DNA of 64,000 nt from Malacoraja senta (taxonomy: Eukaryota), in contig CM075988.1 of NCBI GenBank assembly GCA_038087875.1, positions 3,782,001-3,846,000 of the forward strand, read 5' to 3'. The first letter of the stretch is position 1. Each line of letters opens with the position of its first letter. The position numbers and the translations under genes are program-made. This document shows positions 13,640-25,460 of the stretch, one piece after another. The notes beneath the pieces were generated by a model, which saw nothing but the letters and a program-made list of their open reading frames with translations, had not been told where the DNA came from and did not search any database.

Positions 13640-14069
13640 TTTATAGATAAGGCAGAGAAATGGCAGATGAGGTTTACTCGGGCAAGATTGAGGTGCTGCA
13701 CTTTGGGAAGTCAAATGTAAGGGGGAAGTGTATAATTCTTGGCAGGTCCTTTTAAATGGGGAGAGAATCCAGAAAACATAGATGCAAAGGGACTTGGGAG
13801 TGCTGGTGCACGATTCCCATAAAGTTAATACGCAAGGCGAACCAAATACGCAAGTAAAGAAAGCAAACTCAATGCTAGCATTTATTTCAAGAGGGCTTGT
13901 ATAAAAAAACAGGGGTGTAATGCTGAGGCTCCATAAGGTGCTGGTAAGGCCACATTTGGAATATTTTGGGCACCATATCTGAGGAAGGATGTGCTGGCTC
14001 TGGAGAAGGTCCAGAGGAGGTTTACAAGAATGATCCCAGGAATGAGTGGGTTAACGCATGATGAGCATT
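13640..14069 (+). mobile_element. Older CR1 3' fragment, first half (continues at 18147-18580)
   Basis: EKWQMRF...LHFGKS, LVRPHLEY and KDVLALEKVQRRFTRMIPGM. The reading resumes after the younger CR1. Confidence 0.85.
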
Positions 14070-14934
14070 ACAGACGTCCACGTCTGCACCAGGTGTATCG
14101 AGATGCGGCTCCTAAGGGACCGTATTAGGAACCTGGAGCAGCAGCTCGATGACCTCCGTCTGGTCAGGGAGAGCGAGGAAGTCATTGAGAGGAGTTACAG
14201 GGAGGTGGTCACTCCAAGACCACAGGAGGCAGGCAAGTGGGTCACGGTTGGGAGAGGCAAGGGCCACAGGTAGGGACTAGAGAGTACCCCGGTGGCTGTA
14301 CTCCTTGACAATAAGTACTCCTGTTTGAGCACTGTTGCGGGGGACAGCCTACCTGGCGGTAGCGACAGCGGCCGGGCCTCCGGTACAGAGACCGGTCCTG
14401 TTGCTCAGAAGGGTAAGGAAAAGAAGTGGAGGGCATTAGTAATAGGGGACTCTATAGTTAGGGGGTCAGACAGGCGATTCTGTGGACGCAGTCGGGAGAC
14501 CCGGATGGTAGTTTGCCTCCCTGGTGCCAGGGTCTGTGATGTGTCTCAACGTGTCCAAGATATCCTGAAAGGGGAGGGAGAGGAGCCCGAGGTCATGGTA
14601 CATATAGGTACCAATGACATAGGTAAAAAAAGAGAAGAGGTCCTGAAAGGAGAATTTAGGGAGTTAGGAGTTAAAGAGAAGGACAGCAAAGGTAACAATC
14701 TCGGGATTACTGCCTGTGCCATGCGGCAGTGAGAGTAGGAATGGAGCGAGGTGGAGGATAAATGCGTGGCTGAAGGACTGGTGCAGAGGGCACGGATTCA
14801 AATTTCTGGATCATTGGGACCTCTTTTGTGGAAGGTGCGACCTGTACAAAAAGGATGGGTTGCACCTGAACCTGAGGGAGACCAATATCCTGGCGGGGAG
14901 ATTTGCAAAGGCTACTGGGGAGACTTTAAACTAG
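14070..14934 (+). pseudogene. CR1 ORF1 (zinc finger/coiled coil + esterase), disrupted
   Basis: ORF pieces 14058-14273, 14292-14732 and 14716-14934. Confidence 0.85.
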
Positions 14935-15239
14935 AACAGTTGGGGGGAGGGACTCAAATAGAGAAAGCTATTAGACAGTGTGTGAGGCAGGAGGCAGAGA
15001 AGGAAAGCACTCAGACCCAACATGTAGGGGGGAAAGAAGAAAACAATAATAAACAGAGAATAAGAGGTGGTGGGGTTCTTAAATGGGTGAGCAGAGAAAC
15101 AGAGGGGTGAAAAATGCGGGCGGAAGCAATAGGTAGCAAGGTGAAAAGTAAAAGTGGCAGGCAGACAAATCCAGGGCAAAAATCAAAAAGGGCCACTTTT
15201 CAACATAATTGTAAAAGGGGTAAGAGCGTTGTAAAAACA

Positions 15240-18050
15240 AGCCTGAAGGCTTTGTGTCTCAATGCAAGGAGCATTCGTAATAAGGTGGATGAGTTGAACA
15301 TGCAGATAGCTATTAATGATTATGATATAGTTGGGATCACGGAGACATGGCTCCAGGGTGACCAAGGCTGGGAGCTGAACATCCAGGGATATTCAATATT
15401 CAGGAGGGATAGAGAGAAAGGAAAAGGAGGTGGGGTAGCATTGCTGGTTAGAGAGGAGATTAACGCAGTGGAAAGGAAGGACATTAGCTTGGAGGATGTG
15501 GAATCGGTATGGGTAGAGCTGCGAAACACTAAGGGGCAGAAAACGCTGGTGGGTGTTGTGTACAGGCCACCTAGCAGTAGTAGTGAAGTTGGGGATGGCA
15601 TCAAACAGGAAATTAGAAATGCGTGCAACAAAGGCAAAACAGTTATAATGGGTGACTTCAATCTACATATAGATTGGGTGAATCAAATTGGCAGGGGTGC
15701 TGAGGAAGAGGATTTGTTGGAATGAATGCGGGATAGTTATCTAAACCAACATGTAGAGGAACCAACGAGAGAGCAGGCTATTCTAGACTGGGTAATGAGT
15801 AATGAGGAAGGGTTAGTTAGCAGTCTTGTTGTGCGTGCCCCCTTGGGCAAGAGTGACCATAATATGGTTGAGTTCTTCATTAGGATGGAGAGTGACATTG
15901 TTAATTCAGAAACAATGGTTCTGAACTTAAAGAAAGGTAACTTTGAGGGTATTAGACGTGAATTGGCCAAGATTGACTGGCAATTAGTTCTTAAAGGGTT
16001 GACGGTGGATATGCAATGGAAGGCATTTAAAGACTGCATGGATGAACTACAAAAATTGTTCATCCCAGTTTGGCAAAAAAACAAATCAGGGAAGGTAGTG
16101 CATCCGTGGATAACAAGGGAAATCAGGGATAGTATCAAAGCAAAAGATGATGCGTACAAATTAGCCAGAAAAAGCAGCATACCAGAGGACTGGGAGAAAT
16201 TCAGAGATAAGCAGAGGAGGACCAAGGGCTTAATTAGGAAAGGGGAAAATAGATTATGAAAGAAAACTGGCAGGGAACATAAAAACTGACTGCAAAGTTT
16301 TTATAGATATGTGAAGAGAAAGAGATTAGTTAAAACAAATGTAGGTCCTTTGAAGTCAGAAACAGGTGAATTGATCATGGGGAACAAAGCTATGGCGGAC
16401 CAATTGAATAACTACTTTGGTTCCGTCTTCACTAAGGAAGACATAAATAATCTGCCGGAAATAGCAGGGGACCGCGGGTCAAAGGAGATGGAGGAACTGA
16501 GTGAAATCCAGGTTAGTCGGGAAGTGGTGTTGGGTAAATTGAATGGATTAAAGGCCGATAAATCACCAGGGCCAGATAGGCTGCATCCCAGAGTACTTAA
16601 GGAAGTAGCTCCAGAAATAGTGGTTGCATTAGTGATAATTTTTCAAAACTCTTTAGATTCTGGAGTAGTTCCTGAGGATTGGAGGGTAGCAAACGTAACC
16701 CCACATTTTAAGAAGGGAGGGAGAGAGAAAACGGGGAATTACAGACCAGTTAGTCTAACATCGGTAGTGGGGAAACTGCTAGAGTCAGTTATTAAAGATG
16801 GGATAGCAGCACATTTGGAAAGTGGTGAAATCATTGGACAAAGTCAGCATGGATTTACGAAAGGTAAATCGTGTCTGACGAATCTTATAGAATTTTTCGA
16901 GGATGTAACTAGTAGAGTGGATAGGGGAGAACCAGTGGATGTGTGGTATCTGGACTTTCAGAAGGCTTTCGACAAGGTCCCACATAAGAGATTAGTATAC
17001 AAACTTAAAGCACATGGTATTGGGGGTTCAGTATTAATGTGGATAGAGAACTGGCTGGCAAACAGGAAGCAAAGAGTAGGAGTAAACGGGTCCTTTTCAC
17101 AATGGCAGGCAGTGACTAGTGGGGTACCGCAAGGCTCAGTGCTGGGACCCCAGATATTTACAATTTATATTACTGAGCTGGATGAGGGAATTGAAGGCAA
17201 CATCTCCAAGTTTGCGGATGACACTAAGCTGAGGGGCAGTGTTAGCTGAGAGGAGGATACTAGGAGACTGCAAGGTGACTTGGATAGGCTGGGTGAGTGG
17301 GCAAATGTTTGGCAGATGCAGTATAATGTGGATAAATGTGAGGCTATCCACTTTGGTGGCAAAAACAGGAAAGTAGACTATTATCTAAATGGTGGCCGAT
17401 TAGGAAAAGGGGAGATGCAGCGAGACCTGGGTGTCATGGTACACCAGTCATTGAAAGTAGGCATGCAGGTGCAGCAGGCAGTGAAGAAAGTGGATGGTAT
17501 GTTAGCTTTCATAGCAAAAGGATTTGAGTATAGGAGCAGGGAGGTTCTACTGCAGTTGTACAAGGTCTTGGTGAGACCACACCTGGAGTATTGCGTAAAG
17601 TTTTGGTCTCCAAATCTGAGGAAGGACATTATAGCCATAGAGGGAGTGCAGAGAAGGTTCACCAGACTGATTCCAGGGATGTCAGGACATTCATATGAAG
17701 AAAGACTGGATAGACTCGGCTTATACTCGCTAGAATTTAGGAGATTGAGAGGGGATCTTATAGAAACTTACAAAATTCTTATGGGGTTGGACAGGCTAGA
17801 TGCAGGAAGATTGTTCCCGATGTTGGGGAAGTCCAGGACAAGGGGTCACAGCTTAAGGATAAGGGGGAAATCCTTTAAGACCGAGATGAGAAAAAACGTT
17901 TTCACACAGAGAGTGGTGAATCTCTGGAACTCTCTGCCACAGAGGGTAGTTGAGGCCAGTTCATTGGCTATATTTAAGAGGGAGTTAGATGTGGCCCTTG
18001 TGGCTAAAGGGATCAGGGGGTATGGAGAGAAGGCAGGTACAGGATACTGA
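15240..18050 (+). pseudogene. CR1 ORF2 (APE endonuclease + reverse transcriptase), few lesions
   Basis: ORF pieces 15114-15725, 15726-16259, 16311-17249 and 17280-18050. In-frame stops at ~15723 and ~17247; frameshifts around 16250-16300. Confidence 0.92.
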
Positions 18051-18580
18051 GTTGGATGATCAGCGATGTTCATATTGAATGGCGGTGCAGGCTCGAAGGG
18101 CCGAATGGCCTACTCCTGCACCTATTTTCTATGCATCTATGTATCTATGAGCATTTGTCAGCACTGGGCATTTGTCGTACCTGTTGGAGTTTAGACGAAT
18201 AAAAGGGGACCTCAATGAATCATACAGAATAGTGAAAGGCTTGGATAGAGTGGATGTGGAGAGGATGTTTCCACTTGTGGGATAGTCCAGGACCAGAGAT
18301 CACAGCCTTAGAATTAAATGGCCGTTCCTTTAGGAAGGAAATGAGGAGGAATTTCTTTAGTCAAATGGTGGTGTATTTGTGGAATTCTGTGCCACAGAAG
18401 GCAGTGGAGGCCAAGTTAATGGCAGGGATAGATTGATTCTTGATTAGTATGGGTGTACAGGGTTATGGGGAGAAGGCAGGAGAATGGGGTTAGGAGGGAG
18501 AGATAGATAGCCATGATTAAATGGCGGAGTAGACTTGATGGGCTGAATGACCTAATTCTGCCCCTATCACATGATCTTAT

Positions 18581-19432
18581 ACAATACAATACAATACAAT
18601 ACCATTTATTGTCATTTGAACCTCACATGAAGTTCAAACGAAATTTGGTTTCTGCAGTCAAACAAAACAAAACAGTTCCTACACGACACACAAACAATTC
18701 AATCCACAGAAAAACATCCATCACAGTGAATCTCCTCCTCACTGTGATGGAAGGCAAAGTCTTTTCTCTCCCCTGCACCATTTTTCTCCCGATGTTGAAG
18801 CCCCAGGCGGAAAATGTTAAGTCCCACGGCCGTTGAGGCCGCGCCGGGCGGTGTACGGCCTCGCTCCGGGCCCAAAAGTCACCAAGTTGGAGCCCCCGGC
18901 GGGCGCTGGAATGTCCCGCGGCCATTAAGCCACGCCGGGCAATTTACGGCCCCGCTCCGGGTCGTTCCAACCCCGCGACACGGGCGGGAGAAGTTGCGTT
19001 GCGGGAGCTCCGGACCCGCGAGCTCCCGATGTCACAGTCCACGGGTCTGCAGCTGCAGCTGGAGCTCCGGAGTCGGGCCGCAGCAGCGAGCCACCACCGC
19101 TCCTCACGCTCCGAGGCCGGCCAGCCCCACGATGGTAAGTCCGCAGCTCCACAGGCTCCGCGACTGGAGCCCCCAGGTCGTCCCGGTCGGAGGCCGCTCC
19201 ATGGAGCTAGGCCCCAACGACAACGGAGACCCGACAGGGAAAAAGTCGGGTCTCCCGTACAGGGAAGAGATTTTTAAAGTTTCCCCCTCCCCCCCCCCCC
19301 CCCGCCCCCCACATATACACAATTTAAAACAATACAAAAAACACAAACAACTACATTTAATTAGCCAAAAATAACAAATAAAAGACAGACGGACTGCAGT
19401 CGAGCCGCTGCCATTAGGCGCCGCCTCTTCCG
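18581..19432 (-). mobile_element. Non-autonomous non-LTR retroelement, 852 bp, GC-rich 5' half, no tRNA head
   Basis: 8-bp TSD GATCTTAT at 18573-18580 and 19433-19440. The minus-strand end is a stem-loop TTTGAACTTCATGTGAGGTTCAAA, then AATAAA and (GTATT)n. Confidence 0.85.
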
Positions 19433-20329
19433 GATCTTATGAACAAGGTAGTTTAGATCTAGTATTTTATGATCAGAACTAGTAATAAGCACCTTGAGGG
19501 AACAGTGGAAGTGCTTCAGTTTAATCTGAAGCTGGGGTCTTAAAGACGGACACAAAATGCTGGAGTAACTCAACAGGTCAGGCAGGAATAGGTGATGTTT
19601 CTTGTCTGAATCCTTCTTCACACATCAGACTATAAATCTCAATACAGTCTAAAATAGGGAAACATGAGATGGTTGTGACACATTGTCAAACTGTCTTTAA
19701 TATGTTGGAAAAACAAGAGACAGAAGATGTTGGAATCTTGAGCAAAACAAATAATGCTGGGGGAACTCAGAGGGTCAGGCAGCATCTGTGGAGGGAATGG
19801 ATGGGCAACATTTTGGATCTGAAGAAGGGTCCCGACCCAAAACGTTGCCCACCCATTCCAACCACAGACGATGCCTGATCTAGAGTTCCTGCAGTCCTTT
19901 GTATTTTGCTATTACTAATACACTTTTACAACAAAATGAATGTTAATGCGTAAAAACCCAATAAGCCAATAAATGTGTGTCCAGATATTAGAGCAGTTAA
20001 AGATAGCTTTAGATCAAAGGGAAAAGCTTATGCTGTTGCCATCGAGTAGAAAGCATGAGCACTGAAAATCTTCACACTGCAAGCAAAGGAGGATCAAGAC
20101 CTTGATAAGGAAGGTAGAATATACGCTAAGAGTATCCTGGCGAGAGAGATAACACACTCTATAATTACTTCTATGGTTATGTACGAAAAATTCACCAATG
20201 CATATCTGTTCCTTTCAAATTGAGACTGGAGAAATTGATACATTCAAGAATAGCGAAAGCACTATGAAATTATACAAGTATTCTGCAGATAACACATGCT
20301 GTTGTGATCCTGGAACCTCCAGCAAATAT

Positions 20330-20602
20330 TAGACACAAAAACTGGAGCAACATAGCGGGTCAGACAGCATCTCTGGAGAAAAGGAATTGCCGATGTTTTG
20401 GGTTGAGACCCTTCAGGTCAGACAGCATCTCTGAACAAAAGAATTGGTGACATTTCGGGTCGAGACGCTTTTTCTGAAGAAGGGCCTCAACCCGAAACGT
20501 CACCTATTCCTTTTCTCCAGAGACGCTGTCAGACCTGCTGACTTACTTCAGCTTTTTGTGTCTATCTTCGGTTTAAACAAACATCTGCAGTTCCTTCCTA
20601 CA
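20330..20602. mobile_element. Penelope-derived terminal repeats, inverted arrangement
   Basis: Two reverse units followed by forward CTGAAGAAGGGCCTCAACCCGAAACGTCACC... Confidence 0.75.
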
Positions 20603-20758
20603 TGCTCCATGAAATATTAGTGGATAACTGGTGCAGAATGAATGAGGAACTCAATGAGATAAGCGTAATAGTTTCAGATAGATTTATTGGACCAATAAAT
20701 CCCTGGGACTTCATGAGCTGCAATACCAGGCCTTGGGAAAGGAGGCACTGAAGATAAT

Positions 20759-21077
20759 GGCAGCACACTGGCGCAGTGGTAGAGTTGCTGCCTTACAGTG
20801 CCAGTGACCCGGGTTCGATCCTGACTACGGGTGCTGTCTGTACGGAGTTTGTACGTTCTCCCCGTGACCTGCGTGGGTTTTCTCTGAGATCCTCTGTGTC
20901 CTCCCACACTCCAAAGATGTACAGGTTTGTAGGTTAATTGGCTTGGGATGAGTGTGAATTGTGCCTAGTGTGTGTACGTAGGTGTTAGTGTTAGTGTGCG
21001 GGTATCGCTGGTCGGTGCCAACTAGGTGGGCTGAAGGGCCTGTTTCACGCTGTAGTTCTAAACTAAACTAAACTAAA
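20759..21077 (+). mobile_element. V-SINE (HE1-like), full length
   Basis: TGGCGCAGTGG A box, GGTTCGATCC B box, V-domain, (TAAAC)n tail. Confidence 0.9.
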
Positions 21078-21180
21078 TTTGGGTTCTGTTTTGCACCAGA
21101 CCTTGCTGGCTCAATACTTTACCCAAGCTAGGACAATTTATTAATGTACGACCAGGTCTTCTGTTCTTTCTGATCAGTCT

Positions 21181-21430
21181 AATCGTACTGGAGTTGGGCG
21201 TTTCAATGCCAGCATGTGGAGATGGGGGCTCTGCCAGAGCCCAGCCTGTGAGTGCGGAGCAGAACAACAGACAGCCAACCATGTCATCTCTAGGTGCCCG
21301 CTCTACCACCCACCAAATGGAGCTCAGGGCCTGGCAGACATTGACGCAGAGACAACAACCTGGCTGCTCAACACCCGGCTTGTGATCTAACTATTCCTTT
21401 GGTTTATGTTTCATTCGCAAGAAGAAGAAG
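21181..21430 (+). mobile_element. Vingi/Ingi-like LINE 3' fragment
   Basis: Reads RTGVGRFNASMWRWGLCQSPACECGAEQQTANHVISRCPLY...WLLNTRLVI* (C-terminal CCHC), then a very short UTR and a (GAA)n tail. AGTCT is duplicated at 21176-21180 and 21429-21433. Confidence 0.78.
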
Positions 21431-22139
21431 TCTGAAGAAGGGTCTCGACCCAAAACGTCACCCATTCCTTCTCTCCAGAGATGTTGCCTGTCCCGCTGAG
21501 TTACTCCAGCATTTTGCGACAACCTTCTGTCCTTTCAACTGCCCAGCCTCGATAAATATGGCTTCACCCATTGAGTTCCTGCACCTCCGTGTGCTTTGGT
21601 TGTAATTCATTCTGCCTTACCCGCTGAGTTACCCCAGCACTTTGTGTTTCACATTGACAGGCAGGTTTTGACACAAGACAGCAGCTCGTGATTCGACAAG
21701 AGTACTGCATTTCCAAGGAACAGCTTTCTCTCCCTTCTATATGGACCATAATTGCGAGAGACTCTCTTTTGACAAGTTATCCTCTCTCGCTTATAACTGC
21801 ACAGGAGGTTTTTATTTCCTCCTTGCAATAAGCTCGCAGAACACTGCTCCATTATCCTTGAACATATTGGATTAGTGAGGCTTCAAATTAAACGACATGA
21901 AAATGGGATTCGAGCAACAATAGAGTGTGATTATGAGAGTCACCAATACAAGTGCTTATCGCCCTCTCAGCCCACTTATTCATGTGGAGATGAATTATTG
22001 ATTGACTCGTGTCTCATTAAAACCTGATTCAAGAGTTCCTGTGCAGCAGTGCCAGCCACCACTTCATTCAACGGGGACGGGGACGGGGACGGGGACGGGG
22101 ATGGGGTGGGGAAAGGAATGGGCTGTTCATCAGGAAGCT

Positions 22140-22892
22140 TACAGGAACACACTGTCGGGCTGCATCACAGCTTGGTTTGCTAACAGGTCTAGATGGCAAG
22201 AAATTGCAGCGAGTTGTGGACGTAGCCAGACCACCATCTACACTTCACGCTGCCTCGGTAAAGCAGCAAACATCATCAAAGACTTGGCCCACTCTGGTCT
22301 TTCCTTCTTCTCCCTGCTCCCGTCAGGCAGAAGGTAGAGACATATGAAAGCGCGCACCACCAGACTCAGGAATAACTTCTTCTCCTCTGTTATTCGCGTT
22401 CTGAACGCTCCTTCCATAAGCCAGGGTACTGTCCTGATTTTCTGACAAACATCATCGGAGAGCTTGGACTTGCTGTCTGCCAGTTACACTACAACGCTGA
22501 GAAACTATATTCTGCACTCTGGTATCTTTATTCCTTAGAAGGCTTAGGAAGTTCGGCATGTCCCTTACAACTCTCACCAACCTCTACAGATGCACCACAG
22601 AAAGAATTTTATCAGGATGCATCTCAGCTTGGTTTGGGAACAGCTCCATCCAAGACCGCAAGAAATGGCAGCAAATTGTGGACACAGCCCAGACCATCAC
22701 ACAAACCAACCTCCCTTCCATTGACTCACGTTGACTCACGTTGCCTCGGCAAGGCCGGCAGCATAATCAAGGACTTGTCGCACCCTGGCCACTCCCTCTT
22801 CTCCCCTCTCCCATCAGGCAAAAGGTATAAAGTGCGAAAACGCACACCTCCAGATTCAGGGACAGTTTCCTGCCAGCTGTTATCAGGCAACT
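22140..22892 (+). mobile_element. Two tandem Rex1/Babar-type LINE 3' fragments
   Basis: SGCITAWF...RCLGKAANIIKD.H..FSLLPSGRR, then from 22531 FLRRLRKFGM...ILSGCISAWFGNSS.QDRKK...LPSGKRY. Confidence 0.83.
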
Positions 22893-23872
22893 GAATCTTT
22901 GTAACGGGGAACTGGATCAGGCCTTCACTGCCATTTGCAGCTGGGTCTGTAAAATGGTGCAAAGATGGCTTCCTTGCACACAGACGCAGTGGGCTGTTCT
23001 GTACATTCTGCACTAACCGGTGGATTGTGCTTCTGCATGGTGATAGTCTTGCTGAGATGTGTGCAAAAGAAATATTTCACTGCACCTTGGTACATGTGAT
23101 AATAAAGAAACCATTGAACCATGGCTATCCATGGAACCATTGACATCTGGTTAGCTGCCATGAAGTAAAACCAACCCCCATGTGGCACAGTGGGGCAGTG
23201 GTAATGGCACTTTCTTCAGTCCCGACCCAAAACGTCACCCATCCTTGTCTACAGAGATGCTGCCTGACCTGCTGAGTTACTCCAGCACTTTGTGTCTACC
23301 TTTGGTATAAACCATAATCACGTCTTTGTTTCTACTTCATCCTACCACATCGGGAGAGCAGTGCTGAACTACTATCCACCTCATTGGTGACCCCCGGACT
23401 ATCCTTGATCGCACTTTGCTGGCTTTACCTTGCACTAAACGTTATTCCCCTATCTATACACTGTAAATGGCTGGAATGGAATCATGTATTGTCTTTCCGC
23501 TGACTGGTTGCGCGCAACAAAAGCTTTTCACTGTAAATTCTAAACTAAGTTTCCAGGACTGAATTCCTACATCTATACACTGTAGGTATATGGGGAGAAA
23601 GCAGGAACTGGGTACTGATTCTGGATGATCAGCCATGATCATATTGAATGGTGGTGCTGGGTCAAAGGGCCGATTGGCCGACTCCTGCACCTATTTTCTA
23701 TGTTTCAATGTAAATGGTTCGATTGTAATCATGTATTGTCTTCCCGCTGACTGGATAGCACACAACAGAAACTTCTCACTGTACCTTGGCCCACGTGACA
23801 ATAAACTAAACTGGGACTGGAAGTCTTTGCTCCACCTTTTGTACTTGTGTTTGTTAATGGTATACATGTGTA

Positions 23873-24150
23873 CAGGTCCACCGCCGGTTAGCCGCCACCT
23901 TTGGTTCCATAGCCTTTCTGGATTAGCCATTTAGCCGGTCCAACCGAGGTCACTGCCTGGTGCGGCCGAATTCCAGCTTCAGCTGGGCCAGTGGTCTAGA
24001 GATCCCGGTGTTCTAGAGTTCCAGAGCTCCGGCCACAAGGGGCAAATTAGTTCTGCCGATGGGTGTAGAGTCCAGATGAGGTCGCGATCAGCTGCCTCAC
24101 CCGGCCTAGGCGGCACTTTCTCGGGGGGAGGGGGGGGGGGGGGATCCAAA
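23873..24150. mobile_element. Possible Tigger/pogo-like MITE left part
   Basis: TA|CAGGTCCACCGCCGGTTAGCCG start followed by a GC-rich interior. No right TIR found. Confidence 0.35.
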
Positions 24151-24647
24151 ACGATTCCACCCCAGTCTTTGAAGATCTGTCTTTGCTTTCAGTATTTCTA
24201 AGGGATATCTCCCTTCACAACCAGCTGGGCTACTCTTCTGTCCCACAACCACTCCCCATGTTCAGGCATTTTCTCAATGCAACTGCAGTTGATACAACTC
24301 CTGACCTTTCAATAGACAATAGACAATAGGCGCAGGAGTAGGCCATTCGGCCCTTCGAGCCAGCACCTCCATTCAATGTGATCATATCTGATCATCCCCA
24401 ATCAGTACCCCTTCCTTTCACTTCCTTTCTGAGGATCTTATGATCTTATGATTATGTATTTTTAAAGCAGAGATTTACAGGTATCTGATTGGTAAGGGCG
24501 TCAAATGTTACAGGCAGAAGACAAGAGAATGGGGTTGAGAAGGAAAGATAGATCAGCCATGATTGAATGGCGGAGTAGACTCGATGGGCCGAATGGCCTA
24601 ATTTTTCTCCTATGTCTTATGAACCTTATGAGGACATGAACACTTTC

Positions 24648-24945
24648 AGGGTGGCACAGTGGTGTAGCAGTATATTGCTGTTTTACAGCGCCAGGGACCT
24701 GGGTTCAATCCTAACTACAGACACTCTCTGTACGACATTTGTACTTTGTCCCAATGACTGCATGGGTTTTCTCCAGGTGCTCCGGTTTCCTCCCACATTC
24801 CAAAGATGTGCAGGCTTGTAGGTTAATTGGCTTCAGTACATTCCCGTTAGTGTGTAGGATAGTGCTAGTGCGTGGATGATGATAGGTTGGCGTGAACTCT
24901 GTGGGCCGAAGGGCCTGCTTCCACATTGTATATCCAAACTAAATT
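24648..24945 (+). mobile_element. V-SINE (HE1-like)
   Basis: GGTGGCACAGTGG head, GGTTCAATCC, V-domain, tail. Confidence 0.87.
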
Positions 24946-25108
24946 AATTATGAAGCAGGAATTCACATGCATTTCTTTTAATTTATTCCAAGACTATAGT
25001 GTCCGAAGGGGGGGTGCGATGGGTGCGGTCGCAACCCCTTTTTTTCCCAGAGTAAAAAAAAATCCAGAGTGAAAAAAAAGAAAGAATTGGGATGCAATAT
25101 TTTTAATT

Positions 25109-25460
25109 CTACGCCAGGACAGAGGGAGCCTTGCCTTTGGCTCCTTGGCCTTCTTGCAGCCGTACAGCCACTGGATGACCCTGACATTGTGCTGGATGAC
25201 CAAGAGAGCAGAGGCTTGTTCTTCCCCGGAGTGGCTCGTTGCCGCTATCGCTGCTGTTGCACCGGGACGGCGCGCACTCCGAGTCTGGGCAGCTCACGCT
25301 GCGAAACTGAGGGCAAGGCTCTCGAAGGCGGCGTCGACGGCAAACTTCTCCCTGGCCAGGTCTCGATCACCTCGGGCTCGAGTCCGCAGGGCCCAAAGAA
25401 ACTGTCAAAGCCCGAGCAGGCTCGGGAGAAGCCGGAAGCTGAGGTCGGAGTGGCGACTGG
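25109..25460 (-). pseudogene. FAM110: FAM110-family (FAM110C-like) C-terminal gene fragment, multiply frameshifted
   Basis: Collinear pieces SRHSDLSFR / FSRACSGFDSFFGPCGLEPEVIET / LAREKF...FRSVS / LVIQHNVRVIQWLYGCKKAKE match the FAM110 motifs SxSDLS..FSR...FF.YCGLDPE and SVIERNARVIKWLY.CKKAKE. Confidence 0.8.

Larger units (their letters stand above)
14070..18146 (+). mobile_element. Near-full-length CR1 LINE, 5'-truncated within ORF1
   Basis: ORF1 with CxxC/coiled coil and SGNH esterase (VIGDSIVRG, HIGTND, DGLHLN). ORF2 with APE (LNARSIRNK, GITETW, VYRPP, MGDFN, SDH) and RT ([16 protein letters not shown]). TCTATG-type tail. 9-bp TSD ATGAGCATT at 14061-14069 and 18147-18155. Confidence 0.96.

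Noticed and set aside
15320..18073. Antisense ORFs over the CR1 (and sense ORFs over minus-strand CR1s)
   Set aside because: Shadow frames of LINE ORF2.
20759..20830. tRNA genes at the A/B-box motifs
   Set aside because: They are SINE heads running into the V-domain and LINE-like tail, with no complete cloverleaf.
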